This document shows, piece by piece, positions 32,052-40,503 of a DNA stretch of 50,942 bases. Below the pieces are notes generated by a model. It was not told where the DNA came from, made no database searches, and was given only the letters and a program-made list of their open reading frames with translations. This DNA is from an uncultured Clostridiaceae bacterium (lineage in GTDB: Bacteria; Bacillota_I; Bacilli_A; RFN20; CAG-288). The first letter of the stretch is position 1. Every line of letters starts with the position of its first letter. A program made the position numbers and the translations under genes. The DNA lies in assembly GCA_964444175.1 (NCBI GenBank), contig CAYUFI010000004.1, positions 1 to 50,942 of the forward strand. The letters are read 5' to 3'.

Positions 32052-32771
32052 TTAATCGTCTTTCTTCATGTGGGCTTCGAGTCTCAGTCGCGCGGTCTCT
32101 TCGTCCGAGAGGACGCGGTACTTCCCTTCCTCGAGGTCTTTAGGCAGAGTGAAATCCCCGATGCGGACGCGCTTCAGGTTGACGACTTCCCTGCCGTGTG
32201 CGAGGAAGAGGCGCTTGATCTCGTGGTACCTTCCTTCCTTCACGACGACGCGGGCGGTCTTTTCCGAGACGCGGACAACGCTTTTCGGTTTGATGATCTC
32301 CCCGTCGATGTCGGCGCCTTCGTTCAGAACGGCGTTCAGGATTTCGTCGGTGAGTTCCCCGTCCAGTTCCGCCTCGTATTCCTTTTCAAGCCCAAATTTC
32401 GGATGGATGATGTGGTTCCCGAGCTTTCCGTCGTCCGTGAGGAAAAGAAGGCCGGTCGTATCCACGTCGAGCCTTCCAACGATGCAGGCCCTTTTCCTGT
32501 AAAGCGGGTCGAGCAGGTTCAAAACGGACGGATATTTTTCGTCGATTGTGGAGCAGAGATACTGCTTCGGCTTATTTAAGAGCAAGACGAAATGGGGCGT
32601 ATAGGGGATGACTTTTCCATCCACGGCGATGACTGCTTTTCTCGGATCGATCTGGAGGGCTTCGTCGATGCAGACCTCTGAGTCGAGGGTGACTCTGCCC
32701 TTCCTCACGAACTTGCGGGCCGTGTGGCGGGATCCGATGCCGGCGTCGCTTAAAAACTTATCGAGTCTCAT
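32052..32771 (-). CDS. rsuA: 16S rRNA pseudouridine synthase (RsuA family)
   Basis: S4 domain MRLDKFLSDAGIGSRHTARKFV and catalytic motif GRLDVDTTGLL. 239 aa. Confidence 0.85.
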   Translation of the reverse strand: MRLDKFLSDAGIGSRHTARKFVRKGRVTLDSEVCIDEALQIDPRKAVIAVDGKVIPYTPHFVLLLNKPKQYLCSTIDEKYPSVLNLLDPLYRKRACIVGRLDVDTTGLLFLTDDGKLGNHIIHPKFGLEKEYEAELDGELTDEILNAVLNEGADIDGEIIKPKSVVRVSEKTARVVVKEGRYHEIKRLFLAHGREVVNLKRVRIGDFTLPKDLEEGKYRVLSDEETARLRLEAHMKKDD

Positions 32772-32781
32772 AAAAACGGAA

Positions 32782-33411
32782 TTACTTCAAAAACGGGTTG
32801 TTTGCCTTCTCGTTCCGTAAGTTCGTAATCTTCCCGTGTCCGGGATAGACGACGAGCATGTCGTTCAGGGCCTTTAATTTGAATAAGGACGGAATCATGT
32901 ACGATTCGTCCCCGCCCAATAGATCCGTGCGTCCGACCGAATTCATGAAAAGCGTGTCCCCGGTGAAGAGGGCGTTATCCTCCTCGTCGAGATAGCAGAC
33001 CGAGCCCATAGTGTGGAACGGGGTCGCGATGACTTTGATCTCGGTGTCCTTGAAGCGCAGGGTCATCCCGTCTTTTAAGAGGGTCGGATCGAAGGAGACG
33101 CTCCCGTGCTCCATGGAAGCGAGCGACAGGGACGGATCTTCCAGCATCATGTAATCGTCCTCGCCTAGATACACCGGGATCTTCTCGTTATAATGCGAAA
33201 GGAAGCGGTCGACTCCTCGCACGTGGTCGTAATGCCCGTGGGTCAGCAGGATTGCCGAGACCTTCTTAAAATTGGCCGAGACGTAATCGTAGACCCGGTC
33301 GGTCGGATCGCCCAGATCGACGATGACGCAGGATTTGTCGTCGATGCCGAGGACGTACGTGTTCGCAATCAGTTCTTCGGTGTCGTTCTGAGGAATAAAA
33401 GCTTTGATCAT
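32782..33411 (-). CDS. MBL-fold metallo-hydrolase (GloB-like)
   Basis: HxHxDH motif LLTHGHYDHVRG, and downstream TPFHTMGS and GDTLF. Confidence 0.85.
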   Translation of the reverse strand: MIKAFIPQNDTEELIANTYVLGIDDKSCVIVDLGDPTDRVYDYVSANFKKVSAILLTHGHYDHVRGVDRFLSHYNEKIPVYLGEDDYMMLEDPSLSLASMEHGSVSFDPTLLKDGMTLRFKDTEIKVIATPFHTMGSVCYLDEEDNALFTGDTLFMNSVGRTDLLGGDESYMIPSLFKLKALNDMLVVYPGHGKITNLRNEKANNPFLK

Positions 33412-33483
33412 GATCCGTTAAAGTTTCCACTAAGGATTATAAAACATCCGCGCTTTCTCTGATAGAGAACAAATACCGGGCGG

Positions 33484-33507
33484 AGATTCCCTTCCGGAAT
33501 CTTTTTT
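33484..33507 (+). terminator. Plus-strand terminator-like hairpin in the divergent MBL/sbcD spacer (orphan)
   Basis: 7-bp stem AGATTCC/GGAATCT with a 5-nt loop, followed by TTTTT. No plus-strand gene lies upstream. It ends 54 nt before the sbcD ATG. Confidence 0.45.
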
Positions 33508-33560
33508 CTACCTCCGTGCGAAAGCGGGGAAAGGCTCGTAAATAGTAATCAGGTACCCGT

Positions 33561-34706
33561 ATGAAATTTTTACATCTGGCCGATCTCCATCTCGGCAAAA
33601 AAATCAAAGGATGGGATCTCATCGAAGATCAGGAATCCGTTTTGAAACAGGCCGTAAGGACCGCCGTCGAAGAAAAGGTCGACGCGGTCGTCGTCGCCGG
33701 AGACGTCTACGACAGGAAGCTTCCGGGAGAAGAGGAAACGAACCTCCTCGACCGGTTCGTGACGGCCCTCTATGAAAAGAAGATTCCCCTGCTGATGATT
33801 CCGGGAAACCACGATTCGGCGGACAAGCTCCATTTCGCTTCGTCCATCCTCGCGAAAAACGGAATCCACATCGTCACGTCGTTGAAGGACGGTCTCCGTC
33901 CGCTGAAGATCGGGGATGTGAATTTCTATCTCCTCCCATACTTCCGTTACCAGGACGTCAACGCGGAATTCCAGGAAGAACTGAAGGAACCGTGCGCGTC
34001 GCTTCTAGAAGCGGCGGAGTTCCTCGTAAAGAAGATGAACATCATTCCTTCGGAGACGAACGTCCTCGTCCTGCACCAGAGCGTGCTGCCTGAAGACGGG
34101 CATCTTTCCGTCTCGGGCTCGGAAGTCCAGCCGGAAGTGAACGACCTCGGGGAAGTGGGCGGAAGCGACACGCTGCCCTGCTCCCTGTTCAAGGATTTCG
34201 ATTACGTCGCTTTGGGACATATCCATAAGACTCTGGGCGTGGCGAAGAACGCTCGTTATCCGGGCGCCCTCCTCAAGTACCACAAGGACGAGGCAAACGC
34301 GAAGAAGGCGTTCACCCTGGTCGAAACGGAAAAGAAAAACGTGACGGTGAAGGAGATTCCTTATCAACTCCTGCACGACACGGTCGTGATGAAGGGGACG
34401 TTCGCTTCGTTTTTAAATAAGAACAGCCACGCGGACGACTATGTCTTCTTCGAGGCGGAGGACGAGCTTCCAATCGAGGAAGGAATGGCGAAACTGAAGG
34501 CGTATTATTCCCACCCGTGCGAACTGATTTATCCGGGGTTCTTCTCGAAGTATTCCGTCCGGGAAGAAACCGAGGACGTGAAGAAGATCTCCCCTCTGGA
34601 ACTCTTCGGAAAGCTCTATCAAAAGATGATTGGGAAGGAAATGGACGAGGAGGAGACCGCTCTCGTCAAAGAAGAACTCGCCAAGGTCGGAAAGGAGAAA
34701 GCGTGA
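33561..34706 (+). CDS. sbcD: Exonuclease SbcCD nuclease subunit D
   Basis: Mre11-type phosphoesterase motifs FLHLADLHLG, VVAGDVYD, PGNHD and LGHIH. Confidence 0.9.
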   Translation: MKFLHLADLHLGKKIKGWDLIEDQESVLKQAVRTAVEEKVDAVVVAGDVYDRKLPGEEETNLLDRFVTALYEKKIPLLMIPGNHDSADKLHFASSILAKNGIHIVTSLKDGLRPLKIGDVNFYLLPYFRYQDVNAEFQEELKEPCASLLEAAEFLVKKMNIIPSETNVLVLHQSVLPEDGHLSVSGSEVQPEVNDLGEVGGSDTLPCSLFKDFDYVALGHIHKTLGVAKNARYPGALLKYHKDEANAKKAFTLVETEKKNVTVKEIPYQLLHDTVVMKGTFASFLNKNSHADDYVFFEAEDELPIEEGMAKLKAYYSHPCELIYPGFFSKYSVREETEDVKKISPLELFGKLYQKMIGKEMDEEETALVKEELAKVGKEKA

Positions 34707-34707
34707 C

Positions 34708-37700
34708 ATGAAGCCTTTAACACTGGTTCTGAACGCATTCGAATCGTACAAGGAAAAGACTTCTATCGATTTCACACTCTTCCAGGATTCCCTCTTCCTC
34801 ATCGACGGGATGACCGGAGCGGGAAAGACCGCGATTTTCGACGCAATCACGTTTGCTTTATACGGGGAGCCTTCCGGGGACGAACGGGACACGAACCATC
34901 TCCGCTCGGATTACGCCTCGCCGGACGCGGTGTGTTCCGTGGAGTTTCTTTTCGAGATCCGCGGAAGGAAATACAAAGTCCGGAGGGAACCTGCCCAGCT
35001 CATCCAAAAAAGCCGGGGAGGAGTCGGAAAGAACGGGGAAATCCTCTATAAGAAGAGCGAGCCGGAAGTCGAAGTGAGCTTCCCAGAGGATCCTTCGAAG
35101 AAACCGATTACGAACATCAAGGAAGCCGACGCATTCCTGGAGGATCTGATCGGGCTGGACAAGAACCAGTTCGCCCAGACGGTCATGATCGCCCAGGGGG
35201 ATTTTACGCGCCTCATCAAAGCCGATACGAAGGAACGGAGCGCCATCTTCCGGAAGATCTTCCGAACGGAGGATCTCGGGAAGTTCGAGGAAAACCTCAA
35301 GGAGAGGGAGAGGAATCTGAGCGCGGGGCTCGCTTCGGAAAACGACCGTCTTTCGGGAATCCTGAGTTCGTTCAAAGCCGAGAACGAGGAGCTGAAGGGG
35401 CTGCTCGAGCCGAAGGAGAAAGGTCCTTCGATCGGGGATCTCTATCCCAGGATTTCCGAATTGATGAAAAAGGAAATCGGGGAGGATGAAATCCGCCTTT
35501 CCGATCTGAAGAAAGAAAGCGGGGAGAAACAGAAGGAAGCCTCTGCCCTTCTCGAGGAACTGAACCGGGCGAAGACGGAGAACCGGGAAATCGACGAATA
35601 CGAGGAGAACCGGAAGAAGTACGGGGAGCTGAAGGCCCTCGAACCGGAAAAGAGGGAACTGAGGGAAAAGAATAGGAAGTACGACGTGGCCGGGCCGATC
35701 CTCGAGATTGGGAAGCGGAAAAAAGAGAGCGAAGTATCCAAGGCTTCCCACGAAGCCGGCCTTTTGTCCGCGCAGAATCAGGAAAAGGAACTTCTTTCAA
35801 AAAAAGAAGAGATCGAGGAGGAATACGCCTCCCTTCCTTCCCTGCAGAACAGCCTTTCGGATCTCGACGGACAGATTGCTCTAACGAATCAGAAGATTGC
35901 GCGGCTTGAAGAAATCCCCGAGCTCATAGAGAACGTCGAAAAAGCGAAGAAAGCCGTAGAGAACGGGGAGAAGGCTGTGCGGGATGTCTCGGATTCGATG
36001 AGGGAAAATCAGGAACGGATCCATAAACTCGAAAAGAAGCACGAAGGTAAGAACGAGGAAGCCGAGGCGGAGAAGGTCAAGAACGCCCTGAGCGCCCTCT
36101 CCGGAACGAAAGACCGGTATTCGGATCTGAAAAAGGATCTGGAGAAGATCGAGGAGGACCGGGAGAAACTCGAAAAGGACCGGAAAGATTACGAAGCCCT
36201 CGCGAAAGAGCGGGAGGACGCTTACGAACGTTACGGATATCTGAACCGAATGTTCCAGAACGCCCAGGCGGGAATCCTCGCCTCACATCTGAAGGAAGGG
36301 GAGAAATGCCCGGTCTGCGGTTCGACGCACCACCCCGAACCGGCCGTTTTGAAAGATCCGATCGACGAAGCGAAGGTGAAGGATGCCCAGAAAGCGTACG
36401 ATTCCCTGAACGGGCGCTCGATGGCCCTTTCCGGAAAGATTTCCCAGGAAGACGGGAATCTGAAGGGCGAAGAGGGACAGGCCGAAGAGGATTTCACAAG
36501 CATTTCCGGCGAAAAGGTTCCGTACGGAGAACTCGCGGAAAAGACGGACGGGAAGATCGCCGAATGCGAGAAGGAAACAGAAATCCAGAACGGACTGTAT
36601 CAGAAGAAGCTCGCCGAAGCGGAGGAAGCGAAGAAGGACCGGGCGGAAATCAAAAAGCTGAACGAACAGGTCCTGCCGTCTCTGAATCAGAGCCTCGAAG
36701 AGAAGAAAAAGGTCCTGGACGGGTATAAAGACGACGCGAGCAAGGCCGAAGCGGCCTTATCCGAACGGAAGAAGCTGACGGAAGGGCAGTCTCTGGAAAC
36801 GCTGAAAAAGGGCTGCACTTTCCTGCGCGAAAAGAGACAGGAACTCTCGGACGGAATCGCCAGGATCCAGAAGGAGCATTCCGATTTCGAGAAAGAGCTC
36901 GTTTCCGTACAGGGTTCAATCCGGAGCGAAAAGAAAGATATCGAAGTGGCTTCTTCCCGCCTCTTTCAGGCGGAAAAGGATCTCGAACAGGCCTTGAAGG
37001 AATCCCCGTTCGGGACTCTCGAGGAAGCATCCGCGGCGTTTAACCGGACGAAAGAAGAAGTGGATCGTTCGAAAAACGAAGTCGATCATTTCTTCCGGGA
37101 ACTCGCTTCCTTGGAAGGGGTGATCCTTCAGGCGGAGAAGAACGGGATTGGCTCGAAGGAAAAGAAAGACCTCAGCGAGCTGCAGACGCATAGCGACGAA
37201 GCGTCCGCTGCTTCCTCTGCGCTTTTGAACCGGTGTGGAGAAGTCGGGCAGATCCTGAGCGGAAAGAAGGAAGTGCTGCAAAAGGCGCAGAAAATCGTGG
37301 GCGAAAACGCGGAGAAGGAAGAAGAGTACCAGAGGGTACGTCTCCTTTCCCTGCTCGCGAACGGACAGCTCCCGAAGAAGGAACGCCTGGATTTCGAGAC
37401 GTATTATCAGAGCCTGGTCTTCAATAACGTGCTGGCGCGAGCGTCCAAGAAGCTCGAGGCGATGAGCGACGGGCGGTACACGATGCTGATTCACGAAAGG
37501 AACCGGCTCGACAACGCGACGGCGAATACGGCCTTAGACATCGACGTGTTCGATATCTCGACCGGGAAGAGGAGACTGATCACGACCCTGTCGGGCGGCG
37601 AGCAGTTCATGGCTTCCTTGTCTTTGGCCCTTTCTTTCGCGGACGTCATCCGTTCGGAAGCGGGATCGGTCGAGCTGGACTGCATGTTCATCGACGAAGG

Positions 37701-37884
37701 GTTCGGCACGCTGGACGGGACGAATCTGGAGCAGGTCTTAAAGACCCTGACCGGACTGTCGAGAGACTCCTCCCGCCTCGTCGGAGTGATTTCCCACGTC
37801 GACGCGCTCGCGGAAGCGATTCCGAACAAGTTGGTCGTGACCAAGGACGATAACGGCAGCCACGTTGCGGTGAAGATTGGATAA
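34708..37884 (+). CDS. sbcC: Exonuclease SbcCD ATPase subunit C
   Basis: Walker A GMTGAGKT, a long coiled coil with zinc hook CPVCGSTHHP, signature LSGGEQF and Walker B MFIDEGFGTLD. The start MKPLTLVL lies 1 nt after the sbcD TGA. The ORF-track ATG at 34630 is an out-of-frame overlap with sbcD. Confidence 0.9.
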   Translation: MKPLTLVLNAFESYKEKTSIDFTLFQDSLFLIDGMTGAGKTAIFDAITFALYGEPSGDERDTNHLRSDYASPDAVCSVEFLFEIRGRKYKVRREPAQLIQKSRGGVGKNGEILYKKSEPEVEVSFPEDPSKKPITNIKEADAFLEDLIGLDKNQFAQTVMIAQGDFTRLIKADTKERSAIFRKIFRTEDLGKFEENLKERERNLSAGLASENDRLSGILSSFKAENEELKGLLEPKEKGPSIGDLYPRISELMKKEIGEDEIRLSDLKKESGEKQKEASALLEELNRAKTENREIDEYEENRKKYGELKALEPEKRELREKNRKYDVAGPILEIGKRKKESEVSKASHEAGLLSAQNQEKELLSKKEEIEEEYASLPSLQNSLSDLDGQIALTNQKIARLEEIPELIENVEKAKKAVENGEKAVRDVSDSMRENQERIHKLEKKHEGKNEEAEAEKVKNALSALSGTKDRYSDLKKDLEKIEEDREKLEKDRKDYEALAKEREDAYERYGYLNRMFQNAQAGILASHLKEGEKCPVCGSTHHPEPAVLKDPIDEAKVKDAQKAYDSLNGRSMALSGKISQEDGNLKGEEGQAEEDFTSISGEKVPYGELAEKTDGKIAECEKETEIQNGLYQKKLAEAEEAKKDRAEIKKLNEQVLPSLNQSLEEKKKVLDGYKDDASKAEAALSERKKLTEGQSLETLKKGCTFLREKRQELSDGIARIQKEHSDFEKELVSVQGSIRSEKKDIEVASSRLFQAEKDLEQALKESPFGTLEEASAAFNRTKEEVDRSKNEVDHFFRELASLEGVILQAEKNGIGSKEKKDLSELQTHSDEASAASSALLNRCGEVGQILSGKKEVLQKAQKIVGENAEKEEEYQRVRLLSLLANGQLPKKERLDFETYYQSLVFNNVLARASKKLEAMSDGRYTMLIHERNRLDNATANTALDIDVFDISTGKRRLITTLSGGEQFMASLSLALSFADVIRSEAGSVELDCMFIDEGFGTLDGTNLEQVLKTLTGLSRDSSRLVGVISHVDALAEAIPNKLVVTKDDNGSHVAVKIG

Positions 37885-37913
37885 TAAATCCGTTAAAACC
37901 TGCATAAATCCGA

Positions 37914-37953
37914 AAGCGGAGTACGCGAACGGACGGAACCGCTTTTGTTTTTT
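37914..37953 (+). terminator. Putative terminator downstream of sbcC
   Basis: 6-bp stem AAGCGG/CCGCTT with a 19-nt loop, followed by TTGTTTTTT. Confidence 0.4.
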
Positions 37954-38001
37954 CCTCTGAAAAGCCGTATGATGGTTAGGTAAGAAAGAAGGAAAAAGGC
38001 C

Positions 38002-39261
38002 ATGATCGGGAACAGGGAACTGAAAGAGGAAGATCCGGAAATTTACGCTGCCGTAGAGGCGGAAAGGAAACGCCAGGAGGACAACATCGAACTGATTGCT
38101 TCGGAGAACTACGTCTCGAACGCGGTGCGCGAAGCCCAGGGATCGGTCCTGACGAACAAGTACGCCGAAGGCTATCCGGGTAAGAGATATTACGGCGGTT
38201 GCGAATACGTCGACGCCGCCGAGAATCTGGCGCGGGAACGCCTGAAGAAACTATTCGGGGCGAAATGGGTCAACGTCCAGCCGCATTCCGGTTCGCAGGC
38301 GAACATGGCCGCGATCCGTTCGGTCTGCGCCCACGGGGACAGGATTCTCGGGATGGCGCTCGACGCGGGCGGTCATCTGACCCACGGATACCGTCTTTCC
38401 TTCTCGGGCAAGGATTACGAGTCCTATTCGTACGGAGTCGACGTCGGAACGGGACTGATCGATTACGGAAAAGTGCTGGAAATAGCGAAGGAAGTGAAGC
38501 CGAAGCTCATCATCGCCGGCGCTTCCGCCTATCCGAGGGCGATCGATTTCAAGAAGTTCAGGGAGATTGCGGACGAAGTCGGGGCCTACCTGATGGTCGA
38601 CATGGCCCACATCGCCGGTCTCTGCTGCACGGGGCTGCACATGAATCCGGTCCCCTACGCGGACATCGTGACGTCGACAACGCACAAGACCCTGCGCGGA
38701 CCGCGCGGAGGCATCATCCTTTCGAACAACGAGGAACTCGGAAAGATAATCGACAAGACGGTCTTCCCGGAAGTGCAGGGCGGTCCGCTCGAGCACGTCA
38801 TCGCGGCGAAAGCGGTCGCGTTCAAGGAAGATCTGGAACCATCCTATAAGGACTACATGAAGCGCGTGAAAGCGAACGCCACGGCGCTTTCCGACGAACT
38901 TGAAAAAGGCGGTCTGAAGGTCATTACGGGCGGGACGGACAACCATCTGCTCCTCTGCGACGTGAAGTCCTCGTTCGGGCTGACGGGCTTGGACGCGCAG
39001 ACGGCGTTAGAGGAAGTGAACATCACGCTGAACAAGAATTCGATTCCGGGCGATACGGAGAAGCCGAAGTACTGCTCCGGCATCCGTTTGGGCACGCCGG
39101 CCATGACGACGCGCGGATTTAACGAGGAAGATTTCCGCCTCGTCGGGGACTTGATCCTGAAAGTCCTGAAGAATGTTTCCTCCGCTAGGGTCAAAGCCGA
39201 AGCGAAGGAGGAAGTCCTCGGACTGACGAAGAGCCATCCTCTGCCCTACGAAGAGGACTAG
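38002..39261 (+). CDS. glyA: Serine hydroxymethyltransferase
   Basis: PLP-lysine motif [14 protein letters not shown] and the N-terminal motif ELIASENY. 419 aa. Confidence 0.97.
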   Translation: MIGNRELKEEDPEIYAAVEAERKRQEDNIELIASENYVSNAVREAQGSVLTNKYAEGYPGKRYYGGCEYVDAAENLARERLKKLFGAKWVNVQPHSGSQANMAAIRSVCAHGDRILGMALDAGGHLTHGYRLSFSGKDYESYSYGVDVGTGLIDYGKVLEIAKEVKPKLIIAGASAYPRAIDFKKFREIADEVGAYLMVDMAHIAGLCCTGLHMNPVPYADIVTSTTHKTLRGPRGGIILSNNEELGKIIDKTVFPEVQGGPLEHVIAAKAVAFKEDLEPSYKDYMKRVKANATALSDELEKGGLKVITGGTDNHLLLCDVKSSFGLTGLDAQTALEEVNITLNKNSIPGDTEKPKYCSGIRLGTPAMTTRGFNEEDFRLVGDLILKVLKNVSSARVKAEAKEEVLGLTKSHPLPYEED

Positions 39262-39323
39262 ATATTAAAATCTTTCATAACCCTTGACATTTTTCAATTT
39301 TTGGAAAGGTTTCATTGTTTTCA

Positions 39324-39352
39324 TTGTATTCAACGTCCTTTTAGCCTAAAAT
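39324..39352 (+). promoter_or_regulatory. Candidate promoter TTGTAT-N17-TAAAAT for the HPr/Crh-like gene
   Basis: Good -10 (TAAAAT, 39347-39352) with a 17-nt spacer. The AAGAGGT SD lies downstream. A tandem 9-nt repeat TTTCATTGT x2 (39310-39327) overlaps the -35. Confidence 0.45.
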
Positions 39353-39377
39353 AAAATTGACTTAAGAGGTACTAAGT

Positions 39378-39650
39378 ATGAAAGTTTTAACCATCAAGGT
39401 CACTAACGAAAACGGACTCACTTCCCGTCTTGCCGCCGAGCTCGTCGCGGAAGCGAATAAGCATATTTCGAGATGCACGATGATCGTGGATCCTTCCGAT
39501 CCGTCCGAACAGGCCGATCTGAAGTCCATCATGAACGTGTTCACCCTTTCCATTCCGAAGGGCGGTTCGTTCGACATCGACATCGAAGGCGTCGACGAAG
39601 AAGCGGCCTATCAGTCATTCGTCGCGCTCAAAGAGACGCTGCCGTTCTAG
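39378..39650 (+). CDS. HPr-family protein lacking the His15 phosphorylation site (Crh-like)
   Basis: 90 aa. GLTSRLA replaces the canonical GIHARPA, with Thr at position 15 (codon ACT, 39420-39422). The HprK target motif LKSIM is retained. Confidence 0.85.
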   Translation: MKVLTIKVTNENGLTSRLAAELVAEANKHISRCTMIVDPSDPSEQADLKSIMNVFTLSIPKGGSFDIDIEGVDEEAAYQSFVALKETLPF

Positions 39651-39672
39651 GTAGGAATCCATTCCGCAATCC

Positions 39673-39706
39673 AAAAAAAGCATACCGCGCGGGTATGCTT
39701 TTTTTT
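39673..39706. terminator. Bidirectional intrinsic terminator between convergent genes
   Basis: A7, then 7-bp stem GCATACC/GGTATGC with a 5-nt loop, then T8. Confidence 0.8.
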
Positions 39707-39745
39707 GAGCCTTTCTTTCGGAATCCGGATGGAAAGGACGACGGA

Positions 39746-40207
39746 TTAAATCAGTCCGTCGCGGCGGTCGCTGATCAGACGGTCGATCGGATTGAAGATC
39801 ATGTAGTAGACCGGGATGGCGAGCAGGATGACCCAGTACGGATGCCAGACGCCGGTGTACATGCCCACGAAGCAGTAGACGGCCACGCAGAGCCCGAAGA
39901 TGGAGAAGGACGAGAACTGTCTGCGGTAGACGCAGCGCAGGACGCTCGCCGGGACATCTCCGACCAGGATCAGCGGCCAGAAGACCGCCCAGGCGTTATA
40001 TCCGCTCGGGGACTTCCAGTCCTTGGCCCCCAAGACGATTCCCAGTACGACGTATAAGACAATCAGAAGGGCGAACGACGAGCTCTCCGCGACGGCGACG
40101 ATGCGCTCGTGCAGGGCCTTCTTTTTCCGGTCTTGGATCTGCTGGACGATGCCCGAGCCTTCCCCGAACTGGATCGAAATGTTTCCGTCTTCGTTTTTGA
40201 TGACCAT
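39746..40207 (-). CDS. Small integral membrane protein (unknown function)
   Basis: 153 aa from the ATG at 40207, preceded by GGAGG at 8 nt. A soluble N-terminus is followed by 3-4 hydrophobic helices. The ORF-track start at 40270 has no SD. Confidence 0.6.
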   Translation of the reverse strand: MVIKNEDGNISIQFGEGSGIVQQIQDRKKKALHERIVAVAESSSFALLIVLYVVLGIVLGAKDWKSPSGYNAWAVFWPLILVGDVPASVLRCVYRRQFSSFSIFGLCVAVYCFVGMYTGVWHPYWVILLAIPVYYMIFNPIDRLISDRRDGLI

Positions 40208-40338
40208 AAAGATTACCTCCGACATTATTATTCCATAGAAAAGAGCAAATCGGGGTTTCCTTTCCGACAACTCCAGGTTGAATCCGTATGAAGAGACGGC
40301 AGGTCGGATAAACGTGTCGGAAAAATTTAAAAAACCTC

Positions 40339-40367
40339 TTGATTACGGAAAACGGATGTTCTATCAT
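40339..40367 (+). promoter_or_regulatory. Promoter TTGATT-N17-TATCAT for tRNA-Lys
   Basis: Canonical 17-nt spacing. The -10 ends 14 nt before the mature tRNA 5' end. Confidence 0.6.
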
Positions 40368-40381
40368 AATCAAGCACGAAT

Positions 40382-40457
<76 letters not shown>

Positions 40458-40461
40458 CTCG

Positions 40462-40492
40462 AAAAACCCCGCTCCGCAAGGAGCGGTTTTTC
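40462..40492. terminator. Bidirectional intrinsic terminator (tRNA-Lys / P-type ATPase)
   Basis: A5, then 7-bp stem CCGCTCC/GGAGCGG with a GCAA loop, then T5. Confidence 0.8.
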
Positions 40493-40503
40493 TGTGCCTT
40501 TCT

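Noticed and set aside
37885-38001. ZTP (pfl) riboswitch or T-box leader upstream of glyA.
   Set aside because: The spacer is only 117 nt. It is explained by an sbcC terminator-like hairpin, a TATGAT -10 and an SD. It lacks the conserved ZTP pseudoknot sequences and the T-box sequence.
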